A stretch of DNA of 32,000 nucleotides, from assembly GCA_963704435.1 (NCBI GenBank), contig OY969902.1, forward strand, positions 330,001 through 362,000. Reading direction: 5' to 3'. The notes under the pieces were generated by a model. The model saw only the letters and a list, made by a program, of their open reading frames with translations, did no database searches and was not told where the DNA came from. This stretch comes from an uncultured archaeon. GTDB taxonomy: Archaea; Micrarchaeota; Micrarchaeia; Micrarchaeales; CABMGC01. This document shows positions 22,971-30,500 of this stretch, piece after piece. The translations under genes and the position numbers were made by a program. Position 1 is the stretch's first letter. Each line of letters starts with the position of its first letter.

Positions 22971-23396
22971 CTACGTTCCCTTGATCAGCTCCTTGAACAG
23001 CTCGTCGCTCGCTGACTTGTTGGGTGTCGCCACGAAGTTCGCACCTGCCTCCTTCAGCTTCTCCTTCAGGAGCTCGTTGTTCGCCCTTGTCGCGATCAGT
23101 ATCTTGTCGTTCAGGTTCTTAGCTGCTATGACCGCGAAGAGGTCCTTGGCGTCGTTGTCCATCGCTATCGCGATTGCCCTGGCCCTCTCTATGCCGGCGG
23201 TCTTCAGCACCTTGGATGACGTGGCGTCTCCCTCGACGACGGTGAGACCCCTCTCCCTCAGAATCTTGGCCTTGTCGTGGTCCGTCTCGACCATGACGAC
23301 CCTTATGCTGTGTTCCTGCAGTATGTCGACGACCTTCTCCCCGACGAGACCGTATCCGCACACAATTACATGATCCTTGAACTCGCTTTCGGCCAT
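22971..23396 (-). CDS. Soluble TrkA-N/RCK domain protein
   Basis: DHVIVCGYGLVGEKVVDILQEHSIRVVMVETDHDKAKILRERGLTVVEGDATSSKVLKTAGIERARAIAIAMDND is a Rossmann G-x-G-x-x-G with the typical TrkA-N layout. 141 aa with no TM segment. Confidence 0.9.
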   Translation of the reverse strand: MAESEFKDHVIVCGYGLVGEKVVDILQEHSIRVVMVETDHDKAKILRERGLTVVEGDATSSKVLKTAGIERARAIAIAMDNDAKDLFAVIAAKNLNDKILIATRANNELLKEKLKEAGANFVATPNKSASDELFKELIKGT

Positions 23397-23556
23397 GAGA
23401 TTTCCTCAAACACCGGTTCCAGCGCATTTGTCAGCGCAGTCTTGCCGTGCAGTGTTGGTTAATACGTTTATTCTAATAAACGTTCCATTTCCTGCGTCAT
23501 CCCAATCGACCTGGGCAAGAACCACAGCCGAGCAGGAAGAAAGGGAAATGGGCTGA

Positions 23557-24150
23557 TTACCGCTTCTTTCCGCTGCGGGATGAGATGACCTCTCGCATCA
23601 GCTTCCGGTAGGACTGCAGGGCGTTCGTCTGCTCCTCCTTCAGCGTCTTGTTGCCTATCTTGCCTTCCAGACGGGTGTATATCACGACATCGATGTAGTC
23701 CGCCGACTTCACTATCTTGGCCTCGATCGTCTCCCTGGCCTTTTCCTCCGCGACGAGCCTCTTGTACTCGCCCTGCATGCGGCTGTCGCCGATCAGGTTG
23801 ATGGTCTTGTTGAGAGTGTAGTTAGTGAGCTTGTCCAGCGCGGTCCTGAGCTGGGCCGAGTGCGGCACATCGTACTTCAGCTCGTGCGGTATGTCCCCGG
23901 ACGTGACCTCCTCGATATCGTGGACCAGGGCCATGCGCAGCACCCGCTCCGGGTCGTTCCTCACGCCTATCTCGTTAAGGTAATCTGACAGCACCATCGC
24001 GATCAGCGCAGTACTGCCCAAGTGCTGCATCACGGTCTGCGGCCTGATGAATCTCTTAGTGTTGTACCGCGTTATGGCGCCGAGCCTGTCCACGGAGAAC
24101 TCCAGGAAGCCGTCGACGAAGCTGTCGATCTTGGCGAGCTCCTTCTCCAT
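23557..24150 (-). CDS. HD-domain phosphohydrolase (YfbR-like 5'-nucleotidase pattern)
   Basis: The pattern is RYNTKRFIRPQTVMQHLGSTALIAMVL ... LRMALVHDIEEVTSGDIPHELKY, giving H...HD...D metal-ligand spacing. Confidence 0.8.
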   Translation of the reverse strand: MEKELAKIDSFVDGFLEFSVDRLGAITRYNTKRFIRPQTVMQHLGSTALIAMVLSDYLNEIGVRNDPERVLRMALVHDIEEVTSGDIPHELKYDVPHSAQLRTALDKLTNYTLNKTINLIGDSRMQGEYKRLVAEEKARETIEAKIVKSADYIDVVIYTRLEGKIGNKTLKEEQTNALQSYRKLMREVISSRSGKKR

Positions 24151-24223
24151 TCGCGCACCCCTGCGTCATCCTTCGATACGAAGGTATATATCTGTTGGTC
24201 AGCGCCGCGGAGATGCAGGCGGT

Positions 24224-24790
24224 CTACTTCTTCGAGACGAATTCGTTGCCCCTTATGTAGAACCTCAGCAGCTTTTCCTGTCCCTTCGAGAGCCCTATCC
24301 TCGTGGTTCTGACCGTCTCGAACCGCTTATTGCTGCCTTCTATGAACAGGTTGCTAGTAAGGAGATCAAGGCCGTCGTGACTCTTGTTTATGCCCAAAGC
24401 CTGGGTCAGCTTGCCAGGGCCATTCGTGAGGTTGATTGTCTCGCTGGTTCCCCTGCGCCTTTTCATCAGCGCCAGGCCTTCAAGGGGCTCCAGCGCCCTT
24501 ATCAGGACCGCCCCGAGCGGGCCCTTCTTCGCGATGACGTTCAGCATCCAGTGGTTCCCGTAAGTGAAGTATACGAAAGCGTGGCCCGGCGGAAGCAGAA
24601 GAGACTTGGGTATGCTCCGTGCCTTACGGAGCCCGATCGCGCCGGGGTCGTTGCGCCCGAGGTAGGCCTCGGTCTCCACGATCTTTCCCTTGAGGGTTCT
24701 TCCCCTTGATTCGCAGACCAGGACTTTCCCGAGCAGTCCCCTCGCTACGACGCGCGGATCTCTGGAATAGAAGCTCCTCGAAAGTCTCAT
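24224..24790 (-). CDS. mpg: DNA-3-methyladenine glycosylase (MPG/AAG family)
   Basis: Family hallmarks: FYSRDPRVVARGLLGKVLV, KIVETEAYLGRNDP, PGHAFVYFTYGNHWMLNV, AVLIRALEPLEG and LTNGPGKLTQALGI. Confidence 0.9.
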   Translation of the reverse strand: MRLSRSFYSRDPRVVARGLLGKVLVCESRGRTLKGKIVETEAYLGRNDPGAIGLRKARSIPKSLLLPPGHAFVYFTYGNHWMLNVIAKKGPLGAVLIRALEPLEGLALMKRRRGTSETINLTNGPGKLTQALGINKSHDGLDLLTSNLFIEGSNKRFETVRTTRIGLSKGQEKLLRFYIRGNEFVSKK

Positions 24791-24867
24791 GGCAAATTCA
24801 TCCCGCGAGATACTATTGAATGGATATCCTAATTTATTCCGAACCTATGAATAATAATTATACATAA

Positions 24868-24881
24868 AGTTTATATATATT
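24868..24881 (+). promoter_or_regulatory. TATA-like box upstream of the nucleotidyltransferase gene
   Basis: agtttatatatatt is centred about 24 nt upstream of the GTG at 24899, which suggests a leaderless transcript. Confidence 0.35.
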
Positions 24882-24898
24882 CTCACCATACATAAATC

Positions 24899-25507
24899 GT
24901 GGCCGACTATAAACAGATGCTGATTGATGAGCAAGCGCACACCTACATAAAAGACGCGAAGAGGCTGCTCGGCCGGACGGACGGAAAGCAGCTCAGCTCA
25001 AAGGAGGTGATTAACGAGCTGATAGGAAGGCGCGTCAGGTATCTGAGATTGGGGAAGGAGATAAAAGGCTACATAAATGAGTTTGTCAGCAACGCAGCAA
25101 GCGACCGGAATGTTCGCGGGCTGCTTCTCTTTGGTTCTGTTGCCAAAAACACCTTCGGAAGGTATAGCGACATCGATATCATGGTCCTCGTAAACGTTGA
25201 GGACGCACTAGGATACCTGAATAAGATCAACAAAGCGATAAAAGATGCAGAACCCGCTAGGGAGAATCTGGTCGGCAAGGGACTTTATTTGCGCATAAGC
25301 CCGTTGGTGCTGTCCACTTCCGAATTGGATCATTTCAGGTCGATATATATAAATTTCGTAGAAGAGGGCATTATATTATTTGAAAGGATGGATTCTCTAA
25401 CCGATTTCCTTAATAATATCAAAAGGAACGTTAACTATGAGCACATCCAGATAAATGACGTGCCGGTAATAAAATGGAAGATAAACAAGTCGCTGCCGAC
25501 GCAATAG
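24899..25507 (+). CDS. Minimal nucleotidyltransferase (MNT) domain protein, antitoxin-like partner of HEPN
   Basis: GLLLFGSVAKNTFGRYSDIDIMVLV is the G-S-x(9-10)-D-x-D polymerase-beta-type NTase signature. GTG start. The 3' end overlaps the HEPN gene by 34 nt. Confidence 0.85.
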   Translation: MADYKQMLIDEQAHTYIKDAKRLLGRTDGKQLSSKEVINELIGRRVRYLRLGKEIKGYINEFVSNAASDRNVRGLLLFGSVAKNTFGRYSDIDIMVLVNVEDALGYLNKINKAIKDAEPARENLVGKGLYLRISPLVLSTSELDHFRSIYINFVEEGIILFERMDSLTDFLNNIKRNVNYEHIQINDVPVIKWKINKSLPTQ

Positions 25508-25899
25508 AAAGTGCCAAGCGGTGGCTACGGTCCGCGGAGCTGAACGCGAAAGCAGGCAACTACGACTCGGCGCTCTACAGCCTGGAAATGGCAAACGAGA
25601 TAGCGTTTAAGGCAGTGCTTATCACTCTGGGTGTTGATGCCCCGAAAACGCACAACATATCGGACGTATTTGCCAAATCGGTGAGCGCGGATAAGAAGGC
25701 GTCGAAGATATTCGAGGGAAGGATGGACGCTGCGATAGACACCTTCCGGTCCCTGCTTGAATTGCGCAGCATAAGCGGTTACATATATGAAACCAGGTAC
25801 GATGTGCGCGCATTAAAGGGCAAGTATAACTCATACGCGAAGCCAGTGGAAGACATAGTTGGAACGTGCGAAAAGGCGGTTAAGGAGAGAAAAGAGTAA
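25474..25899 (+). CDS. HEPN domain protein (toxin-like partner of MNT)
   Basis: AKRWLRSAELNAKAGNYDSALYSLEMANEIAFKAVLITLGVDAPKTHNISDVF shows the typical HEPN helix pair, and the conserved LLELRSISGYIYETRYD segment is present. Confidence 0.85.
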   Translation: MEDKQVAADAIESAKRWLRSAELNAKAGNYDSALYSLEMANEIAFKAVLITLGVDAPKTHNISDVFAKSVSADKKASKIFEGRMDAAIDTFRSLLELRSISGYIYETRYDVRALKGKYNSYAKPVEDIVGTCEKAVKERKE

Positions 25900-26205
25900 T
25901 AGCTCCAGCATATCCTAAATTCTCTAGAGATATGTCCTTTTCATTTAAATGGCCTGCAATCCATGATTTCCGAGGCCATACCTAGATACGTAGGAAACAA
26001 AATCTTAAGAATTCGCTATATGAAACCCCCTTAGAAACAAGATGTAGCTTCAGCATATCTAAACTGCCAGTTCAGTTTATGTTCTTCTGTCGTCGAAGGG
26101 CTCAGAGATATAAGCGCTGAGAGATTTAGTGCATTACAATTAAACCTGTCTTAAGTTTGGGCCGGGGTACGAGATTATTAAACATTAACACTTTAATGAC
26201 CTCCT

Positions 26206-26225
26206 CCCCCGACTAAAGTCGGGGG
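26206..26225. repeat. IS end hairpin (tnpA-distal 3' side, right-end-like)
   Basis: cccccgac-taaa-gtcggggg: a perfect 8-bp stem with a 4-nt loop, 14 nt beyond the tnpA stop. Confidence 0.75.
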
Positions 26226-26238
26226 TATCCCCTGCGCT

Positions 26239-26694
26239 CTAGGCGGCAAGTCTCATTTGTCCGTACTGATCCTGCTTTCTGATGTAATTTTGTATCGTCT
26301 CCTCGTTCTGAGGGCCTACGCTTCCGTTACTGTATCCTTCACTCCAGAAATGCCCTCTCCAATACCTAAGTCGATGGTTTGGCATTTCTTTGAAGACCAC
26401 GTACGCCGAATATCCCTTCAGCAGTTGCACCGCGGTTGAAACTGACATAGTATTTGGTACGTCAATCTCAAGATGCACGTGTTGAAAGTCTTCTCCGACA
26501 GCGAATTCTTTAATTCCGATTCCATGTCTACGCGCGGCGTCATAAATCGCATCGTGTATTATTCGGCAGGTCTCTGGATTTTTGAACATCCTGTATCGAT
26601 ATTTCGACACAAAAACCATGTGCTGCCAGTTGTACCTGTGGATGCATGCCGTCGCGCTTTCCTTTATATCCCTTACATTGTTTACACTATTCAC
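26239..26694 (-). CDS. tnpA: IS200/IS605-family Y1 (HUH) transposase TnpA
   Basis: 151 aa. WQHMVFVSKYRYRMF, the HUH motif FQHVHLEIDVP, and C-terminal HFWSEGYSNGSVG carrying the catalytic Tyr region. The size is typical of TnpA. Confidence 0.9.
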   Translation of the reverse strand: MNSVNNVRDIKESATACIHRYNWQHMVFVSKYRYRMFKNPETCRIIHDAIYDAARRHGIGIKEFAVGEDFQHVHLEIDVPNTMSVSTAVQLLKGYSAYVVFKEMPNHRLRYWRGHFWSEGYSNGSVGPQNEETIQNYIRKQDQYGQMRLAA

Positions 26695-26801
26695 AATAAC
26701 ACTTCGGCGGCAGAAACTTCAGGACCGCAAAAATTCTGGGGCCACACTGCCGTCGCTAATCCTTCTCAGAATTTGTTAAAAATAGAGCAGGAACACTCAA
26801 A

Positions 26802-26854
26802 GTGGGGTCAATTCCTGTCCGCGGGCTAAAGCCCGTGGTATACCTTGACCCCAC
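26802..26854. repeat. IS end compound hairpin (tnpA-proximal 5' side, left-end-like)
   Basis: Outer stem gtggggtcaa/ttgaccccac (10 bp). Inner stem ccgcgggc/gcccgtgg (7 of 8 bp) with a taaa loop. Confidence 0.75.
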
Positions 26855-26938
26855 ACCCCCTAATGAGTTTTATTTCCAGATGAAAGCCCTGAGAGGGTCA
26901 CCTCGTCTGGGTTAAGGACCATCTTTTCTCAGGATTCC

Positions 26939-26973
26939 CCAGTTCGAATCAGGATGCGACAGATTCGAACTGG
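26939..26973. repeat. Perfect 12-bp inverted repeat with 11-nt spacer, T-arm-like sequence
   Basis: ccagttcgaatc-aggatgcgaca-gattcgaactgg. On the minus strand it reads GCCAGTTCGAATCTG, which resembles a tRNA T-arm. It lies 23 nt downstream of tRNA-Gln. Confidence 0.8.
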
Positions 26974-26995
26974 CTCTCGACGACAAGAATTTCTC

Positions 26996-27068
26996 TAGCT
27001 CCAGCCAGATTCGGACTGGCGTTCCCAGGTCCAGAGCCTGATGTCCTTGACCACTAGACGATGGAGCT
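26996..27068 (-). tRNA. tRNA-Gln (anticodon CUG)
   Basis: Hand-folded: acceptor AGCTCCA/TGGAGCT (A1-U72, as in archaeal tRNA-Gln), D-stem GTCT/GGAC, anticodon stem TCAGG/CCTGG with loop CTCTGGA, T-stem GCCAG/CTGGC, T-loop TCCGAAT (C at position 55), discriminator A. Confidence 0.85.
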
Positions 27069-27126
27069 ACGCTTCCCTCATTTGTTGTTCAATGTTTAAT
27101 AACATTCTCATGCCAATTCCTGATTC

Positions 27127-27825
27127 ATGGCCACGTTGCGCGGCTTCAGCCTATCCAGGGAGCTTGAGGATATAGTGGTGGCGGACCTGGCGCTGACGGT
27201 CGCGTTCACGCTCGTGCTAGGCGGAGGCGCGATGGGCATCTCCTCCGCCGGCCGGACTCTTCCGCAGCTTGTCGTAATCTCCTTCGTGGCGGTGACGCTC
27301 TCGTTCGTTCTCCATGAGATGATGCACAAGTACGTTGCGCAGAGGTTCGGCGCGATCGCCGCATTCAGGAGGTCCGACACGGGCATACTCATAACGCTGG
27401 TCACGAGCTTCGCGGGCTTCCTTGTGGGCCTGCCGGGCGCGACCGTCATATACACGAACAGCTTCACGAAGAGGGAGGATGGAATCGTGTCCATCGCGGG
27501 CCCGCTAACGAACTTCGCGGTCTTCGCCGTGTTCTTCGCGCTGAGTATCTTCGCGACGCACGCCGGCAGCTTCGTGCAGCACCTGATCACCACCACGATG
27601 CTGGTCAGCCTCATAATCGCGTTCTACAACATGCTGTCCGTATACCCGCTGGACGGCAGCAAGGTGCTCAGGTGGAACAAGCCCGCCTACGCCATCATGC
27701 TAGTGACGCTGTTCGCGCTGCTGGCGCAGCTGGTCGGGTTGAGCGCGATACTGTACGGCCTGGCCTTCATGCTGGTCGCGGCGTTCGTCATATCCATCTT
27801 TTTCAGGGGAATGATGAGGTTCTAG
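27127..27825 (+). CDS. Site-2 protease family (M50) membrane zinc metalloprotease
   Basis: HEMMH (HExxH) sits inside a TM segment, with the second motif FYNMLSVYPLDGSKV (NxxPxxxLDG). There are multiple TM segments. Confidence 0.9.
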   Translation: MATLRGFSLSRELEDIVVADLALTVAFTLVLGGGAMGISSAGRTLPQLVVISFVAVTLSFVLHEMMHKYVAQRFGAIAAFRRSDTGILITLVTSFAGFLVGLPGATVIYTNSFTKREDGIVSIAGPLTNFAVFAVFFALSIFATHAGSFVQHLITTTMLVSLIIAFYNMLSVYPLDGSKVLRWNKPAYAIMLVTLFALLAQLVGLSAILYGLAFMLVAAFVISIFFRGMMRF

Positions 27826-27904
27826 CGCGCGCCCTGCGCCATCGTGCAACGGGCTTTATTAATTTTTACGGCGCAAACAATCTATCGTCTTATTGGTGTG
27901 ATTG

Positions 27905-30058
27905 ATGGTCAATGGAATGGAGCTCACGGTAAGCGACGCCCTCATAACCGACTCGGGCAGGGGACTCGCCAGGCTCGACGCGCGCTCGAGGAAGCTCCTG
28001 GACGTCGCGTCGGGCGACGTCGTCGAGATCAAGGGCAAGGGCAAGTCCACGGCCGCGATAGTGTGGCAGGCCCACCCGAGCGACGAGGGCCTTGGCTTCA
28101 TCAGGATCGACGGCTACCTCAGGCAGAACATAGGCGTCGGCATAGGCGACAAGGTCTTCGTCTCGAAGGCCGAGGTCAAGGACGCCGAGAAGGTCGTGAT
28201 AGCGCCCCCGATGGGCCAGAAGCCGCCGCTCTCGCCCGACTTCGCCAACTACGCGAGGATAAGGCTCGAGGAGAGGCCGGTCGTCAGGGGCGACTCGATA
28301 CCGATAGCCATGTTCGGGATCGTCTTCAACTTCATAGTCGTGCAGGTCTCGCCGCACGGCGTCGTCAAGATAACGAAGAACACGCAGCTCACTGTCAAGG
28401 AGGAGCCCGTGTCCGAGTCCGAGGTAAGGATAGCCGATGTCCACTACGAGGACCTCGGCGGGCTCAGGAGCGAGATACAGAAGATAAGGGAGATGGTCGA
28501 GTACCCGATAAGGTACCCCGAGCTGTTCGAGCGACTCGGCATAGAGCCGCCCAAGGGCGTGCTCCTCTACGGCGCGCCAGGGACCGGCAAGACGCTGCTC
28601 GCGAAGGCTGTGGCCAACGAGAGCGACGCGCATTTCATCCTGATATCCGGACCCGAGCTGGTCAGCAAGTTCGTGGGCGAGAGCGAGGAGAAGCTCAGGG
28701 CCATCTTCAGGGAGGCGAACGAGAAGGCGCCGAGCATAATATTCATGGACGAGATAGACGCGATAGCGCCCAAGAGGGAGGACGTGACGAACGAGGTCGA
28801 GAGGAGGATGGTCTCGCAGATGCTGACGCTCATGGATGGCATGGCCACCAGGGGCCAGGTCATAGTCCTAGCGGCGACCAACAGGCCCAACGCAGTCGAT
28901 CCCGCGCTGCGCAGGCCGGGGAGGTTCGACAGGGAGATAGAGATAGGAATACCCGACATGCCATCCAGGAAGGAGATACTGCAGATACACACGAGGAACA
29001 TGCCACTCGCCAAGGACGTGAGCGTCGACGAGCTGGCCGCGATAACCCACGGATACACCGGCGCGGACATCAGCGCGCTGGTCAAGGAGGCGGCGATGAT
29101 CTCGCTCAGGGACATATGGCCCAAGATAATCGAGAAGGACAAGATATCCGAAGAGATATTGCTCAGCCTCACCGTCACCAGGGAAAACTTCCTTGAGGCG
29201 TTGAGGAGCATCATGCCGAGCGCGCTCAGGGAGGTCTTCGTGGAGAGGCCCAACGTCGGCTGGAGCGACATCGGCGACATGGAGAGGGTCAAGGAAGAGA
29301 TAAAGGAGGCCGTGGAGCTTCCGCTCAAGGATCCGCAGGCTTTCGAGAGGATAGGCATAAGGCCGATCAAGGGCATACTCCTGGTAGGCGCGCCCGGGAC
29401 CGGAAAGACGATGCTGGCTAAGGCGGTGGCCTCGGAGAGGGAGTCGAACTTCATATCGATAAAGGGGCCCGAGATACTGAGCAAGTGGGTCGGAAGCAGC
29501 CAGGAGATAATACGGGAGCTGTTCAGGAAAGCCAGGCTGGCGGCGCCGTGCATAGTCTTCATAGACGAGATAGACGCGATAACGCGGACAAGGGGCAGCG
29601 AGAACGAGAGCCCGATCCACAGGGATGCGCTTGAGGCGCTGCTCGTGGAGATGGACGGGCTCCAGGACAGGAAGAACGTCGTCGTCCTCGCCGCGACCAA
29701 CAGGCCTGAGGACATAGACCCGGCACTGCTCAGGCCGGGAAGGTTCGACAGGATAATAGACATACCGATGCCGAACGCGGTCACGAGGATGGAGATACTG
29801 AAGGTCCACACGAAGCGCATGCCCATCGACAAGGACGTCGATCTCACGGAGCTCGCGAACGAAACGGAGAACTACACCGGCGCCGAGATAGAGAACATAG
29901 TGAGGGAAGCAGGGATGAACGCCATAAGGAACAAGAGGTCGATAGTCAGGAAGGACGATTTCGACAAGGCCATGCAGGAGATACGGCCCGCGGTCCCGAA
30001 GGAGGTCACGGAAAGGATACGGCGCTTCAAGGAGGAGCCCGAGAGCATGTACAGATGA
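27905..30058 (+). CDS. cdc48: CDC48/VCP-type AAA+ ATPase (two AAA domains)
   Basis: The N-domain is LTVSDALITDSGRGLARLDARSRKLLDVASGDVVEIKG. Two Walker A motifs (GAPGTGKTLLAKAVA and GAPGTGKTMLAKAVA), two Walker B motifs (IIFMDEIDA and IVFIDEIDA), and SRH motifs with PALRRPGRFDR and PALLRPGRFDR. Track start 27902 is TTG; ATG is at 27905. Confidence 0.95.
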   Translation: MVNGMELTVSDALITDSGRGLARLDARSRKLLDVASGDVVEIKGKGKSTAAIVWQAHPSDEGLGFIRIDGYLRQNIGVGIGDKVFVSKAEVKDAEKVVIAPPMGQKPPLSPDFANYARIRLEERPVVRGDSIPIAMFGIVFNFIVVQVSPHGVVKITKNTQLTVKEEPVSESEVRIADVHYEDLGGLRSEIQKIREMVEYPIRYPELFERLGIEPPKGVLLYGAPGTGKTLLAKAVANESDAHFILISGPELVSKFVGESEEKLRAIFREANEKAPSIIFMDEIDAIAPKREDVTNEVERRMVSQMLTLMDGMATRGQVIVLAATNRPNAVDPALRRPGRFDREIEIGIPDMPSRKEILQIHTRNMPLAKDVSVDELAAITHGYTGADISALVKEAAMISLRDIWPKIIEKDKISEEILLSLTVTRENFLEALRSIMPSALREVFVERPNVGWSDIGDMERVKEEIKEAVELPLKDPQAFERIGIRPIKGILLVGAPGTGKTMLAKAVASERESNFISIKGPEILSKWVGSSQEIIRELFRKARLAAPCIVFIDEIDAITRTRGSENESPIHRDALEALLVEMDGLQDRKNVVVLAATNRPEDIDPALLRPGRFDRIIDIPMPNAVTRMEILKVHTKRMPIDKDVDLTELANETENYTGAEIENIVREAGMNAIRNKRSIVRKDDFDKAMQEIRPAVPKEVTERIRRFKEEPESMYR

Positions 30059-30129
30059 CGCTGATTTGAGGTGTTTTCATAAAAATAGTATATTCGGATG
30101 CGAAGAGCGGAAGGACGGCGCAGACGGAG

Positions 30130-30489
30130 GTGCCGAAGGACAGGGAAGCGATGCTCATAGGCAGGAAGATGGGCGAGACCGTCGAAGGCTCGCTCATAGG
30201 GCTCGAGGGCTACAAGCTCACGATAACCGGCCTGAGCGACAAGACGGGCGCGCCGTCAAGGAGGGAGGTCGAGTTCAGCAGGAAGGCGTCGCTGCTGCTA
30301 AGCGGCGGGCCGGGCATAAGGCATCCCAAGAAGGGCGTCAGGGTCAGGAGGCTCGTCAGGGGCAACACGATAAGCGTCGACACCGAGCAGATAAACACGG
30401 TGATAGCTGAGTACGGGCCCAAGGGCGTCGACGAGATATTCCCGAAGAAGGCCAAGCCTGAGGGCAAGACGGAGGGGGAGAAGGCCTAG
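30130..30489 (+). CDS. rps6e: 30S ribosomal protein S6e (start problematic, see finding)
   Basis: LIGRKMGETVEGSLIGLEGYKLTITGLSDKTGAPSR ... LLLSGGPGIRHPKKGVRVRRLVRGNTISVDTEQINTVI matches the S6e pattern. GTG at 30130 is the first canonical start, but S6e-like sequence continues in frame upstream to 30070. Confidence 0.9.
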   Translation: MPKDREAMLIGRKMGETVEGSLIGLEGYKLTITGLSDKTGAPSRREVEFSRKASLLLSGGPGIRHPKKGVRVRRLVRGNTISVDTEQINTVIAEYGPKGVDEIFPKKAKPEGKTEGEKA

Positions 30490-30500
30490 GCCTTCGACTG

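Larger units (their letters stand above)
26200..26860 (-). mobile_element. IS200/IS605-family insertion sequence carrying tnpA only (boundaries approximate)
   Basis: A Y1 transposase gene is flanked by subterminal hairpins with related CTAAAG loops (26206..26225 and 26802..26854). No tnpB ORF is present. The exact cleavage sites were not determined. Confidence 0.65.

Noticed and set aside
26866-26995. A second tRNA gene, or a split or permuted tRNA, next to tRNA-Gln
   Set aside because: There is a T-arm-like element, but I could not find matching acceptor, D or anticodon arms on either strand. It is reported only as an unexplained structure.
27844-29847. Long alternative-frame and antisense ORFs inside the CDC48 gene (27844..29196 +, 27890..28633 -, 28567..29847 -, 28868..29809 -)
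   Set aside because: Their translations are Arg/Gly/Asp-rich or Ser/Leu-rich low-complexity strings with no motifs, whereas the 27905..30058 frame has textbook double-AAA motifs. They are shadow ORFs, typical of GC-rich coding DNA.
30055-30069. Read-through or recoding of the in-frame TGA at 30067 to extend S6e from the ATG at 30055
   Set aside because: TGA is used as an ordinary stop by many genes in this window (for example CDC48 at 30056-30058 and the pilus ATPase). The extra MTLI residues have no counterpart in S6e. A non-canonical start or a sequence error is simpler.
30066-30410. 114 aa Arg/Gly/Asp-rich ORF overlapping the S6e gene in another frame
   Set aside because: It is low complexity, while the overlapping frame has unambiguous S6e motifs.
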